Shown here piece after piece: positions 1-14,046 of a DNA stretch of 64,000 bases (within the stretch, counting starts at the first letter, position 1; every line of letters starts with the position of its first letter). Below the pieces are notes generated by a model, which was not told where the DNA came from, ran no database searches, and saw only the letters and a list, made by a program, of their open reading frames with translations. The position numbers were made by a program, and so were the translations under genes. The stretch comes from Prorocentrum cordatum (lineage: Eukaryota), in NCBI GenBank assembly GCA_963575745.1, contig CAUYUJ010000113.1, positions 1-64,000 of the forward strand. The letters are read 5' to 3'.

Positions 1-559
1 GAGGAGGAGGAGGAGGAGGAGGAGGAGGAGGAGTCCCGCTTACCCAACCCCCGTCTCCCCGATCCGCCCCTCGCTTATTATCCCTTCGAGAGCGAGCCTC
101 CCCGCCCCCGCCCTCGAAGCAGAGCAGGCGCGCAGGGCAGCGCCGCAGTCGGCGCCCAGCGAGGAGGACGGCGAGGAGGAAGAGGAGGTCCAGGCGGAGG
201 ACCGCGCCCCCCCTCCAAGGCCGTCTGGGTGAGGGCGCCGTGAGCATGGATTTTCGTGGGTCCGCGCGGAGTTCTTCGATCGGCGCTGGGCCCCCCTGGC
301 GGCGCGCCCCGGGCGGGCGCCGCCCTTGGCGCGCTTCCGCGCGCCAGGGAGGGGGGGCCCAGCGCCGACCCGCGAAGTCCGCGCGGACGTCTTTGCTCAT
401 GCCCCTGGAAGCGCGAAGCCCCTGGAAGCTGGATGCACGTGACGCGGCGAGGGCCTGATGCACATGAGGTGGCTCGGCCATTTTATGTGGGCTCTGCAGG
501 CCGGGCGTCCGCGCGTGTATGCACCGCGCGGCATCGGGATGCTCCGAGCGTGAGTCCAG

Positions 560-1840
<1,281 letters not shown>

Positions 1841-2639
1841 TTCCAGTTTCTTTATCGCCATGCCTCCCTCCGCCTCTAGCGCCTGCTCTTTTCGTCCCGT
1901 CCCTCGTCCTGGTTCCCTGCTCGTGCTGCCCTGGCCGCCGTTCTCCCCTTCGCTCGCATTCGTGCGCGCCCGCACTCCTGCCAGTGGCCCACCGCCACCG
2001 GTGTGTAGCAGCACGCAGTTGTCGAGGAAGTTCAAGGTTCCAACTCCACGGTGCTGTTTGGTCTGCGGCACTGGGCATGGCCCGATGCGGAGCGCCACGG
2101 CGGGGAATGCGCACGCGCTATCTGTTGAGGCGTGGGGTCGTCCTCGGCCTTGTCTTGGAGCACTGGGCTGGTGTGTATCAGGGCTATATTGTGGCGGTCT
2201 TCGGCCGCCCTGGATCGCTCTTCCGGGTCCCCTTGACCTTTGTGGTGCGGTCCTGGGCGGCTCGTCGAATGTTGTCTCGAGGCTTCCTGGAGGCCATATT
2301 TCATATTTGACGCCACAAGGTTGTAATTGATGGCCATCCCTGGCGCGCCAGGGTTGCAAGCGGAGGCTTCAGGCACACATTCTGGACGTTTTGCGAATCC
2401 CAATCAGCCCATCCAGAAGCGATCGCCAGCCGAGTTGCCCTGACCAGGGAAGTGCAGAAACATGCACTGGAACAGCCGCTCCGAAGAATCCAGTTTTGGG
2501 CCTTCTTGGTGCCCTCTTGGGATCTTATTCGGGTTCTCTTGGGACTCGGGACCCTCTTGGCGACAGCGAGGAGGGTGAGGACGAGAAGGAGGAGGATGAG
2601 GAGGAGAAGGAAAACATGGGACTTTACATGCCCGCTGTT

Positions 2640-2945
2640 TGAGAGGGGTGATCTCACGAGCACTACGATCGAATTAATGGGTATACTGGAGCTCGCTGTG
2701 GGTATTGTGGTTCTTCGGGCCTACGCAGCGCTCCCCCCTGCTTTGGTCATATTATGCGATAGCCTGCCTGCGGTCAACATCTCCTTGGGTCACGATGTTC
2801 CGTCGTCTAAATAGCACTCGGCATGGCTTACGTATCATGTGTTTCAGACTTCACGTAGGCGGCATGGTACAGCACTTGGTGCATGTTTGCCGTTATTTTA
2901 GTCATCCTTGGAACGAGCTTGCAGACAGCTTAGCAACGCCAGACC
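2640..2945 (+). pseudogene. Degenerate RNase H-like domain of a non-LTR retrotransposon
   Basis: TSTTIELMGI...VILCDSLPAV (E and D-S motifs), then after a frameshift HVCRYFSHPWNELADSLA, matching the RNase HI C-terminal H..N/NExAD.LA motif. Confidence 0.6.
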
Positions 2946-3199
2946 AAGCGGTTGGGTGCAAGTCCCCGCTGGTGCTGGTTGAAGCGCCCAGGTATTGCGA
3001 GGATCTAGAATGGTGGTGGTGAAAGGAGGCGCCCGAGGAAACCCGCGCATTGGACACGACTGCGCAGTTCGGCGCCCAGGGAGCTCCCACGTGACGGTAG
3101 TTATGATGAAAAAGGTAATGAACGTGTATCAAGTATGGAGATTTGGGGTTAAAGATGCAAGTTCCAAGTTGAAGGTTTGCGAATACACCGTGGCGCCCA

Positions 3200-4930
3200 G
3201 GGCGACATGTTGACCACCTCCAGCGACCTAGCGGAGGCTCTAATCGATTACTTCGCGGTGATCGAGAACGGTCAGGTTTTGAGTTGGGATACCCTGGGTG
3301 GTAGATACAACTCCCTACTCGAGCATGGAAGTATCCATCCCAGGAAGCTAGACATGATTACCCTTTTCAGGAAGTTGCAGCACGACGTCATGAGGGCTGT
3401 CAAGAGAAGGGGAGCGGGACCCGACCGTCTTACCAATGACCTGCTACAGGGCGCACCATACAAATGCGCACGGATTCTGCACCTGCTCTTCGTCAATATC
3501 GATCTTGCCGCCAGGGAGCCCTTGCTTTCCAAGGGGGATGGCAATGCGATTCACACACATCAGACTCACCAGTGCGCCATCGAGCATTACAGGGCCATAG
3601 TATTAGGATGCCACGTTGAGAAGATGCACCACGCCTTCCTACGTAGTAAGTTGTGTGAGGCATCATTACACATGCTCTCGGAGATCCAGCAGGGTGGGCT
3701 TCCCGAGAGATGTACCGACACTGCATCCTTGCACCTGCGCGGCGCGGTCATGATGGTGGCGAGGGTCAGGAAACGCACGTTTCTGTTTTTTTTCTCATGG
3801 GCCCCAAGGCCGCTTTGTATTCGGTCATCAAGGGGTTCGTATCGCGGATGAACCAGAGTAGCGCAGACAATCAAAACACCCTGGGGGATCTCGAAGTACC
3901 AGTTTGCTTCGATCCGTTTTGCTATGCCGTTATCGCCAAGCCAGGGGTCCTGGACCCGTTGTGAACAAACACCTCCTGGAGGCTATTGTGGACGTCGTGG
4001 AACGCAAGTGGTCATATGTCCGTGGTAGTGAAGGGAAGTATCGCCCAGGACGGGGTCTCGTCCTGGCATGCCTTTGGCAGACCTGTTATTCAGCATCGCC
4101 TTCGATTCCATCATACGTGCTATCAATTCCCGGCTGGGGTGTCTTGGGATATCTTCAGAGGGCTAGAGATATGCGCCCCTCAGAGGATATTCAGAGATCC
4201 CGAACTCCAGCACGAGTATCTGGATGTTTGGGATTTTCCTTTCACGGATGATCGAGTGAACGGCATTGAGCTTGAGGATGCTAGATCTTGGACAAAAGTT
4301 GCCACTGTCTTGGTGCAGATCACCTATGGGGAGACTAGATCGCGTGGCTTCCTTATTGACAAACAGCCAGGCAAGACCGAGTTCATGGCCTTCTTCTGTG
4401 ACAACGGATCGAGGAAGGTCCGACGGGGAATGCGCAGCAATTGTAGCCACAGGCCGTCTCGCACCCTCCATAGAAATCGCCCCTGAACAGGTTTCAGGAT
4501 CATCAGATATCCATGGGACCCGAGCCCGCACGCTGTTGCCACCGGCAGGGGCATCCCATGTGAGTTCTGAAGCGCGCGGCTTTTCTCAGAAAGCAGGTCG
4601 ATTTCAAAGCCAAGCAAATGTATGTTGTTTCTCTTTGCTCGTTGCATTTGCATTTCAATGCCTTGAATTGGCCGCGCCTTAATGTTAAACAACAGGCCAC
4701 ACTTGCGCACAACTGCTCGAATCCCTTTCGACATGCAGCTGGGTTCGGATATGACTCAGTAACGGGCAAAGCTGCTGCGGATCACAGTAGTGTGTTCATT
4801 GCCTGCAGCAGTTTGCGTGTGGACCTGCTGTTCAGACTGGGGAGACTGCGCATCCTGCCCAGGGTCCTCTCATCGGCACCTCAGTGTCTGTTGGACTTGC
4901 TTGATGAGCTTCGCCCCCGCCCAGATTAGT
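3200..4930 (+). pseudogene. Degenerate LINE reverse transcriptase (frameshifted)
   Basis: Motifs in RT order across several frames: GAGPDRL (domain 0), HYRAIVL (1), QQGGLPERCTD (2), GSRPGMPLADLLFSIAF near 4052-4103 (4), FPFTDD (5), KTEFM (6), and downstream RLGRLRILPRV. Confidence 0.8.
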
Positions 4931-5389
4931 TGACAGCCTTGTGCTGCGAGGATCTGGACTGGCTGGTACTGCATGTGAACCTTGACAAGAAGCACCTCCC
5001 CCCATGTCCACCAGCTTGGTGGATTTGGCGAGTTCGGGGGCCGCAGCCACGGGCCACGATCACGCCGCACTAGAGCACACTAGCGCGTGGAACTTCTCAG
5101 CGACCGCCACGCCGCATCCACTCATGATATAATCATCATAGCGATCCCCCCCCCCTCGTCTTCCCTATGCCCTCTTGTCTATCCTCCCTTCTCTCTTCCT
5201 TTCCCGCCCGCTCGTCTCCGACGGGAAAGGAAGACAAGGAAGGAGGGCGAGGAGGGGCTAGAGGAGAAAGAGGAGGAAGAGGAGACGGACCACCACGACG
5301 ACGATGACGGTGATGGCGGCGGCGGTTGCCTCGGCGGCGGCGCGCGCGCGCGCGATGCGGCGCGCGCGGCCCGTCGCAGCGCTGGTCTC

Positions 5390-6015
5390 AGAAAGGTCGC
5401 GCGAGAGGTGGTCTGGCCATTTCCGCCTGAGGCCTTTCTCGCCTCCTCGCGTTCCGAGATGACGCGCGCAAAGTTGTTCAGCCAGTTTTGCGTAAGCTAT
5501 CGTCGCAACTCCGATATGCCATGACGTCAAGTGGCCCAGCCAGCGTCGCATGAGACATCCTCGCAGTTTTGGTCTTACATATGCCGCTCGCGACGTTTTC
5601 AAGCCAGTGTCGCTTGAGACGTCCTCGCAACTCTGGGCTCCGATATGCACTGACCAGAAGTGGTGCGGACCGTTATTCCAGAAATATTGTCCAATGTCGC
5701 GCGAGAGTTGGCGCGGCCAGTTTCGAAAGCTTGAATTGTCCTCGCAGCTCTGGGCTCAGAGATGGTGCAAGCAAGGTGCTCCGGCCAGTTCCGCCTGAGG
5801 GATCCTCGCAACTCTGGGCTCCTATGTTTTGACCTGCGGTGACCTGAGACATCCTGGCGACTCTGGGCTGTGAGATGCCGCGCGAGAGGTGGTCCGGCCA
5901 GCTTCGCCTGCGACGACGTCGCAACTCTAGGCTCCGAGATGCCGCGTACGAGGTTGTCCAGTTAATTTCGCCTGGGATATCCTCGCAACTCTGGGACTGG
6001 GATCCGAGATTCTCA
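5390..6015 (+). repeat. Degenerate ~63-bp tandem repeat array (consensus GAGACGTCCTCGCAACTCTGGGCTCCGAGATGCCGCGCGAGAGGTGGTCCGGCCAGTTTCGCCT)
   Basis: The CTCGCAACTCTGGGCT core recurs near 5560, 5624, 5741, 5805, 5919 and 5982, mostly at 63-64 bp steps. Confidence 0.8.
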
Positions 6016-6095
6016 TCGTCCGCACACTCCCTGCTCTGCTGCTACCCTTTCTCCCTGCTACCTGGCGAAGGACGAGGGAGGAGAGGAGGCAGGCA

Positions 6096-6096
<1 letters not shown>

Positions 6097-6151
<55 letters not shown>
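6097..6151. repeat. (ACG)n microsatellite
   Basis: Perfect trinucleotide run. Confidence 0.97.
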
Positions 6152-6152
<1 letters not shown>

Positions 6153-6440
6153 AGGGAGCACCGACTCCCAAACAGCGCTTGCGCTACACCGCGCGGACCC
6201 TGTCTGGGGTCCACACCACGGCCCGATTCCCAAACAGTGCTTGCACCAGGGCGGGCCCTGTCTAGCGTCCGCGGTCGCCCTGTTTTCTTCTCAGGGCTCT
6301 CTTTGGGAATCGTCTGGCCTAGACTGTCACACTCGTGATTTGCCCAGGCCTAACTTACTAACTCCCAACGCGCCCCCCCTTGCAGGGCTGGGCATTCACG
6401 GCTCCGCATTACCGCGTCGCACCGCCCCAACGCGCGCCCC

Positions 6441-8380
6441 TCACCGGGCGACGCTAAGATTTGATGCAGCGGAGCTGCTTGACCAGGAGGAATCTCGTGT
6501 ATCCTGGACAAACGACGCTCCTCCCTCCTCGCCGGAGGATTCCGGCTGGGGCCATTGCGGAACGCCGCCAGAGTTTTTACCCCAGCAGCGCTCGCACCTG
6601 ACGAATCTGTCTACGTAATCGCCAGGCGCGCCTCTAATCGCCTCTACTGGCGCCCGCGACTGCGCCCACCAAAAAGAGCAGCGCGTACGGCGCGGCTCGT
6701 CTTCGGACTGACGGTGCATCATCATGCTGCTCCTGTTCAGCACCATATCTTCGTCTGGCGTGGCGCGGCCCGCTGTTAATGCCTGCATTACCGCAGGCGT
6801 CGCAGCCGCAGCCGAGGGAACGCGCGACTCCGGGACTTCAAAATCCCGCGCCGGCGTGAACCCATCTCGGACACGCCCTACTATATCATATTTGAGGAGC
6901 AGTTCAGTTACACAGCGCGCGCGATCGTAGCGCACGGGCATGCCCGAGCCCGGGCCCCACCTGCCCAATGTCCGGCGTTCTTCCATTGGGAAGCGAAGCT
7001 GGCCGGCAAGCGTCGGGAAGAAAAATCTGGGGCGTGCAGCGACCACTCGGCGTTGTTCGCAACGCCGCCAAATGCGCGCAGCACCCGCCTCATGACATTC
7101 AGCGCGCCAGAATATTTCTCTGGACGCACTGGGCTCAGAACGACTATCTTGCCAGACTCCACCACCATCGCTGGGACGATAAAGTCAGCTGCACCAAGGT
7201 CCACGTAGCGGGCCACGGCGGCGTGAAACTGCCCGCCCCAGTCGCGCCCTTGCCAATCCCTCCGCGGGGCGGCCCAAGGGATTCTGCCGACCTTCTTCTT
7301 TGACCTCCAAGATTCTGCGTACAATGCGTCCCGCGACAACTTGCAGGACGTGGATCTCTGTAGGTCCGCCCAACGCAAACAGCCAAACGTCAGGGGCAGC
7401 ACAAACCCAATAGCAATTACATGTGCTGCGTCGTGCGCTTCAGCTGCCACAAAGAAGCTGCTCAGAAGGCACTCCACGATTGCCCTCGTTAGCGGGCTCG
7501 CCTGCTGCCGCTGCTCCTCTGTCTGCTTGGTTTACATGCATCTCTGGGCCTCGACCAGCGGGTCTTCCAAAGGCCACGGGAACTGGAATATTTCTTTTGC
7601 CCACAATAGCGACGCAAAGGATGCGTTCGGTACGGACGGCCCTCTACCGCCGGCGTCGCGGAGAAATAACGCGACATCTGTTGCATCCAACGACCACGGC
7701 TGGAGCTCGGCCGCTTCTGCCCATTTCTGCAGCCGCGCAAGGTTTCGCAGGTGGGATCGCACCGTCGCCGCCACCGTGGCCCTCTTGACCACCACAGGCC
7801 GCAGGAGAGCCGATTGATCCTCCCAGCTGAGGCCTTTGAGAGCCCATCCCCGGAGCCTCGGCGATGCGTCCCCAATCTGGCTGGCGAGATCGAGCACTAA
7901 CCCGACTTGGCTGGTCAGCGCTGCAGCCTCTCGGTCTTGGCAGCTTTGTTCCGTCACTTCGGGTTTGTGTCTTTTCCTCCCAGGGAAAGCGGCCACCGAC
8001 GGTAACTTACCATAGTTGGTCGTGGGCTTTGCCATAGCTTCCGGGGGACCACGAAGGACTCGTTCTCCTCCGGCCAGTTCCGCACGAGCATGTCCCCGAA
8101 CGGCCGCCGAAGCAATCCGATCCATTCGTGCATAAAACCCCCTGGCTACTGCTGGGCTACAGCGTGCTTCATTTCCCAACTCTGCAACAGCGTCGTTGGA
8201 TGAATCAAACCAGGTATGCACTTTGAGAACCGAACGGAGATTCTTAGTCACAAGGTACCGCTCTAAATCCACTGTCTCGGGTACCCCTGTGGGCACACAT
8301 GCTTGCAGTCTCGGCGACAAAACGGGCGCGAGTTCAGACATTGCTTGTTCCTCCGGCCTTACCGCCGAAAGCCCTTGAGC
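6441..8380 (-). pseudogene. Tyrosine recombinase (DIRS/Crypton-type YR) pseudogene
   Basis: Joining ORFs 7532..8521, 6908..7477 and 6441..7046 gives a core-binding region (ATVRSHLRNLARLQKWAE...DVALFLRD). The catalytic motifs follow in order: GCLRWADLQR (R), WRSKK (K), SLHAP/R (HxxR), LGRW, MPVRYDR (Y). There is an in-frame TAA at 7532-7534 and a 1-nt frameshift near 7030. Confidence 0.85.
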
Positions 8381-8624
8381 CAGCTCTTGAGCCAAGCGCG
8401 CCCTTTTGCCTCTGAGCCGAAACCCTCCGGAGAAGGCAAGGCGGAGAGCGGCCTTTCGGAGCGTTTGGGGAAGCTCGAACACCTTACGTTGTCCAGCAGC
8501 GGCCCCTCCCCGACTACACAAGGCCCCTCACCCAAATCCGCAACTGCAAGTCTTACGCAGCAGTCGGAGGTACGATGAGAAATGTGGACGCCACCGGCCC
8601 TGCCTACCACAAGCCTCCAATCAA

Positions 8625-8937
8625 TACCGCGCACGAGTTTGTCCAGGCAGTTTTGCAGGAGACATCCTCGCGACTTCCTGGGCGCCGATGAAATCCGGCC
8701 TGAAGTGGTCCAGCCAGTTTCACAGGAGGCTTCCTCCAGATTTTGGGCTCAAGGATACCAAACGCGAAGTTGTATGGCAAGTTTCGCCTGAGACGTCCTC
8801 GTAGCTCTGGGTTCAGAGGTGCTCTGACTGGAGGTGTTCCAGGCAGTTTCACCCGAGACATCTTCACAATTCTGGGTTATGAGATGCCGCGCGACAGTTG
8901 GTCTGACCAGTTCCGCTTAAGACATCCTCGCAACGCT
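8625..8937 (+). repeat. Second array of the ~63-bp repeat family
   Basis: GAGACATCCTCGC...GGCCAGTTTC units as at 5390-6015. Confidence 0.75.
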
Positions 8938-9185
8938 GCGCGCTGGCCACGTCCCTGATTGGGAACGATACTCTCGCCTCAACGCCGGCCAAATCCTCTA
9001 TTGGTACGTATGGTGTTCCCGCTCGAGTGCCAGCAACATCCGTGATCGGGAATGGTGCTCTCGCCCGAGCTCTGGCTACATCCCCGTCTGGCATTGGTGC
9101 TGTCGCCTTCGCGCTGGCCACATGCCTCATCACTAGGCGTGGTGCTCTCGCCTCAGCGCCGGCCACATTCCTCGAGCGCCAGCCA
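8938..9185. repeat. Degenerate ~42-45-bp tandem repeat
   Basis: The unit GCTGGCCACATCC...TGGTGCTCTCGCC recurs about 5-6 times; on the minus strand it reads as repeated DVAGA.AR.P. Confidence 0.6.
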
Positions 9186-10659
9186 CAATCACATGCTGGG
9201 ACGCTTATGGTATGCATCTTGGAAGGGTTGTCTGGGTTGTCCGGGGGGGTGTCCGGTTATTTGTTTGATCCGATTTGTTCATTGAGCTTCATGCCGTCCT
9301 TCCTTCGTCTCTGCCTCTGCTGTCGACCGCATCGGTTTTGTTCGGTCTCGGCCCGCTCTCCGCTGTTCAGCTTATTTCCGTCGCCTGTCTGTGTGATATG
9401 AGGGCGGTCCTGTTTCGTACGCGCGCCTTTCCCGGGCCCGAGGAAGGCAAGCGGCTGTTGCTGCCTTAGGCGTCCCACGGTGACGAATTCTTCCGAGGCA
9501 ACTGTGTTCATCCTCCTCCTCCTCTTCCTCCTCCTCCTGTTCCTCCTTTTCCCCGCCATGGACCTGGTCCATTTACCCAGCGCGCAAATTATCGGGTTGT
9601 CTCCCTTTGATGAACGCGGTTATTTGCACATCTTTTGTCGGAACATCACGAGCTGATCCAGCTGGTGGATCTCTCCATGACCTCGCGGCTTGATCCAGAT
9701 GACTTCCCCTGTGAATGCGGTTTTTGTCATACCAGGTTGCTGGGCCATCTCGAGTTCAGCCGGCTCCAGGCGGCGCTCTCCACACCATCCGTTAACCTTA
9801 TGCGGCTCCTGGTGGATATCCCCAAGTCCCCGCGGTTTTGTTGTTGCAATCTTGGGCCACCTCGAGCTTATCCGGCTCCTGGGCGGCCTTGCATCTCCCT
9901 GTTTTTTGGTGGTTTCCGCTCTGGCCCTGTGGTCAACGGTCAACCTGGCAGCCTAGCGTTCGCAAGCGGGCCCCACTGGCCGCTCTTGGTGGGTGGCTGA
10001 TGGCGTGCTTGGCGTCGCCTCGTCGCCACTTGTGGTTGTTGCGCTGCACCCACTCGCGGCGGCGGTTCTTTCCGCCCTCTTCCCTCTGTTTCTCTTCTTG
10101 TTTCCCCTCTCCCCCCGGGGCGTGCCGTGGCCAGCGCCACTCGGCTCCTTTCTGCTGGCAGGCCGCCACTGGGCCTGAGCACTACGCCGAACAGCCCAAA
10201 TGCCAGCCCTTGCCGAGCACCACCCTTTTGGCTCCAGTACCCGCCGCAGGCGTTCCGGCCACGTTTGGCACGGCTGTCACGGCAGAATGTGCTAACAACC
10301 TTTCGAGTTCTTCGGTCCCAGTTGATTTCATACATGAATCCCACCTCCTTGTCTTGTCTTGCGCTGGCTTTGATCGGGCTTACTCGGATCCCCACACCCT
10401 GGCGCAGCCCTCGTCCTGGACGCATCTGGACGTTCCACTTCGCACCTTCTCGACGAAGCCTGGGCTGCCCTCCGCGGCCGTCACCTTCATCTATTTCCCT
10501 ACCTAGGCTCTGCCTAGAAGGATTCTTGCTTGCTTGGCTTAAAAGGGCTGGGCAGTGCAAACCGCCCCGGGCGGTTCCCCCAGTCCCCTGGGAGCCAAGC
10601 AAAAGCAACAGCAAAGGTAAAAGCAAACGCGCGGTTCCCCCAGTTGCGCTCCCTGGGTG

Positions 10660-10945
10660 CCAAGCAAAAGCGAAGGCAAAGCAAAAGCAAAAGCAAAAGC
10701 AAAAGCAAAAGCATAGCATAGCATAGCATAGCATAGCATAGCATAGCATAGCGCAGCATAGCATAGCGCAGCATAGCATAGCATAGCATAGCATAGCATA
10801 GCATAGCATAGCCCAGCATAGCATTGCGCAGTATAGCATAGCATAGCATATCATAGCATAACATAGCATAACATAGCTTAGCATAGCATAGCGCAGCACA
10901 GCATGTTGCTGCGCTATGCTATGCTACAGCTATGCTATGCTACGT
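10660..10945. repeat. (GCAAAA)n followed by (GCATA)n microsatellite with a terminal inversion
   Basis: Directly visible; the strand switches to (TATGC)n after 10906. Confidence 0.95.
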
Positions 10946-11264
10946 TGTACTGCTACAACTACGACGATGAGGAGAAGGAGGAGGACGGCGTTTACCGCTC
11001 CTACTAATGTTGCTTTCCTAGAGGCTCCAACTCCTAGGCAGGGTCGCACTGGGATAATTTCTTTCTATGTGCCCAATTAGCTGTCAGCAGCAGCCGAAAT
11101 TATTTGACTGACTCGCGCGATTATGGAGCCTGCGACAGAAGAAGTGAGAAGAGGAGTGCGAGGAGGAGCGCGGGCCTCAGTTTTCGGGTGAAAGGGAAGT
11201 GAGGGAGGGTGACAGACAGGGAGGGGGGAACAAGAAGGGGGGGAGCGAGGGGGGACGGGGAGGA

Positions 11265-11878
11265 TGGAGAGAGGAGGAGGAGCAGCAGCAGCAGCAGCAG
11301 GAGGGAATAGAGGAGGAGGAGGAGGAGGAGGAGGAGGAGGAGGAGGAGGAGGAGGCGGAGGAGGAGGAGGAGGGGAGGATGGTGTCGTGTCGTGCTGTCG
11401 CCCTTGCCCATGGTCGGTCGTCTCGCTCGCTTCCGTTCGGGTTCTGCTGCGTCCTCGCCTTCTCTCTCCCCTCCCTGTTGTTTGCCCTCCCTCTTTTTCA
11501 GTTATCCTTCTTTCCCGCCGGCTGGCTCCTCCTCCTTCGTCCCTGCTTCGCTTCGGTTTCGTCCCGCTCCTGGCTTCGCCCTTTCCCTCCCTCTCCGGGT
11601 TCGCCCCCCGTTGCCGTTGGGCCGGGTGCCCCCGCAAGTGCCTTTGCGCGCCGCTCCACTGCGCCTGCGTCGTAGATGTATAGCACGCCCCATCGGCACG
11701 CTCTAGGCGTCCACCTGAGAGCTCGACCGCTTGCGAGCGGCCCCGACTGCACCGGTCTGCACCAGTCTGCGCCGGCGGTGCGACACGCGGAGGCAAAAAG
11801 AGGAGGAGGATAAAGATGATGATGATGCTGATGATGATGCTGATGCTGGTGCTGACGATGATGATGAGGTTGATGAGG

Positions 11879-11909
<31 letters not shown>

Positions 11910-11912
11910 TGG

Positions 11913-11953
<41 letters not shown>

Positions 11954-11978
11954 CTGATGCTGATGATGATGATGATGC

Positions 11979-12073
<95 letters not shown>

Positions 12074-12441
12074 CTGATGATGATGATGATGATGAGGAGG
12101 AGGAGGAGGAGGAGGATGAGGAGGAGCAAGAGGAGGAGCAAAAGGAGGAGCAGGGGGCAAACCATTCTTATGTTTTTCCGCCCGTGGCCGCAGGAGCTCT
12201 GCGAGACTCTCGGGAGCACCCCGCCTGGCCCCGACGCGGCGCCCACGGCGGGCGTGCACACGCCGTCCGCAAGAGGCTGCCCACCCGTTCCGCAGCCGCT
12301 GTCCTTCCTCATCCTTCTGCTCCTCCTCCTCCTCCTCCTCCTCCTCCTCCACCTCCACCTCCTCCTCCTCCTCCTCCTCCTCCTCCTCCTCCTCCTCCTC
12401 CTCCTCCTCCTCCTCCTCCTCCTCCTCCTCCTCCTCCTCCC
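11265..12441. repeat. Cluster of (GAG)n, (GAT)n and (CCT)n microsatellites
   Basis: Runs at about 11265-11378, 11814-12150 and 12318-12441. Confidence 0.95.
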
Positions 12442-14046
12442 CACCACTCGCGTACCAGGACGTGGGGGGACGCCATGGAGGACTGATCCTCTGGTGGGCC
12501 GCGCCCGAAGGCCCCCCGCCCCTCGCCGTCGGCCCCTCTGGGCCTTCCCCCCTGGCGGCCGTTGTGGGCCTCCGCCCTGCAAGAGGGCTCGGACCTCTGG
12601 GGGTTCGCTGCGGGGGCTGTCTTGGGCCGCGCGTGATGCTGTTCTCCTTGATGTCTCCCTTCCCGCTCAAGGCCCTGTTGGGCCTAGTAGCGCTCGGGGA
12701 CACCAGGTCCGCCTTGCTGGAGCCACCCTTGCATTCTGCCTTCGGCGCGGCGCGCGGGCCCAGCCGACGGCCCCGCGTTCGCGGCTCCGGGGCCATTGCG
12801 AGGACATGGCATCCAGTAAGGACGCCACCTATCTAAAGTCCCTCGAGGCAGGTAAGGACCCCATCTCGGGGACTGGCGGAGGGACCCCTGTCCACTTCTC
12901 TCTACGGACGATGCCTGTTTTTGGCTTCGTCTCAGATAGCTCGTTCTGGGCTATTTTCCGATCCCGTCGAGTTGCGCGTGCTCGTCTTTTTTCTGGCTCG
13001 TTCTGTGTCTCTGCTGCTGCTCTGCGCACTCGTTTCGGTCTGGTGGTGCTTCCGTAGCCGTTTTGGATCAAGATGATGGTTCTTCCTGGGAACAGGGGAG
13101 ACTTACGTTCCGTGCCAGGTAAGGCTGTTCAGCTTGGCAACGTGAATTCGCGTGGGGATTTGGGCACCCCTGCCTGTTTCTTCCTCGCACCTGCTCAGCT
13201 GGCAGCCGCGCCAGCGGGTAAACTGTTGCGCTTCCAGTTCCTCTTGGGGCGATCGTCATGGCATGCCTGCGTCGAACAATGGCGCTCCTGGTCGCAACAA
13301 GAAAAGGAAGTCAAGCAGTCTGAACGTGATCGCCGTCGCCGCCGTCCGTCAGGAGGAGGTGGCCGTGTGTCTGGGCCTTTCGGTCTCGACGGGGAGGGCC
13401 CTGAGGTCGCGAGCGTGGGTGTGAACAAGGTGATGATGGTCTTCCACCTGCTCGTCTGATGATGCTGCTATGGCTGGCAACGAACCCTTTTCGACAGCAT
13501 TGCTATTGTTCCGTCCCAGGAAGCTGGCGAAGTTGCCAGGGCTCGAGGTGAAGCCGACTTCACTTGCCATTGATGCTGTCCTTCTTACACCAGTTGCTGG
13601 TGGAACCTCTCTTGCTGGTCCGTCGCCTGGTCGTGGGAGTGGCGAAGCTCAGGCTCGTAGTGTGGATTCGTGGGCCATGGGCAGCATGCGGTCGTCGGTA
13701 GAAGAGACGTATCCTTCACCGTTCGAGGAGCTTAGGGTTAAATGCATGGATCAGATGCCTGAGTCATGCGTTCAAAGCTTGAAGAGACGCTTGTTCCTTG
13801 TTCTCAAGTCCGCCACAGGTCCTACGTTTGCCATATTCGGTTTCATGGTTCATACGCGCTTCAAAGAGCTGTTGGAATCTTTTTTCTGAAACAAATATCA
13901 AATTTGATGCAATGGAAATCGTTCAAAGCAAATGTGCGACTGGCTAGGTTGAGTGGGAAAAGAACTTGAGCTCGCCAAACACATCCCGCCCAGAGAGGCA
14001 GTTGAACGCACAGCTGAGTGGGATCGGGAGATCGATGGCAACACCT

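Noticed and set aside
8741..8753. TTTTGGGCTCAAG resembling a relict spliced leader
   Set aside because: It has an extra G, lacks the CCA prefix and is a variant of the local 63-bp repeat unit.
9257..10506. ORFs upstream of the tyrosine recombinase as a possible DIRS gag or RT
   Set aside because: No RT, RNase H or zinc-knuckle motif could be identified on either strand.
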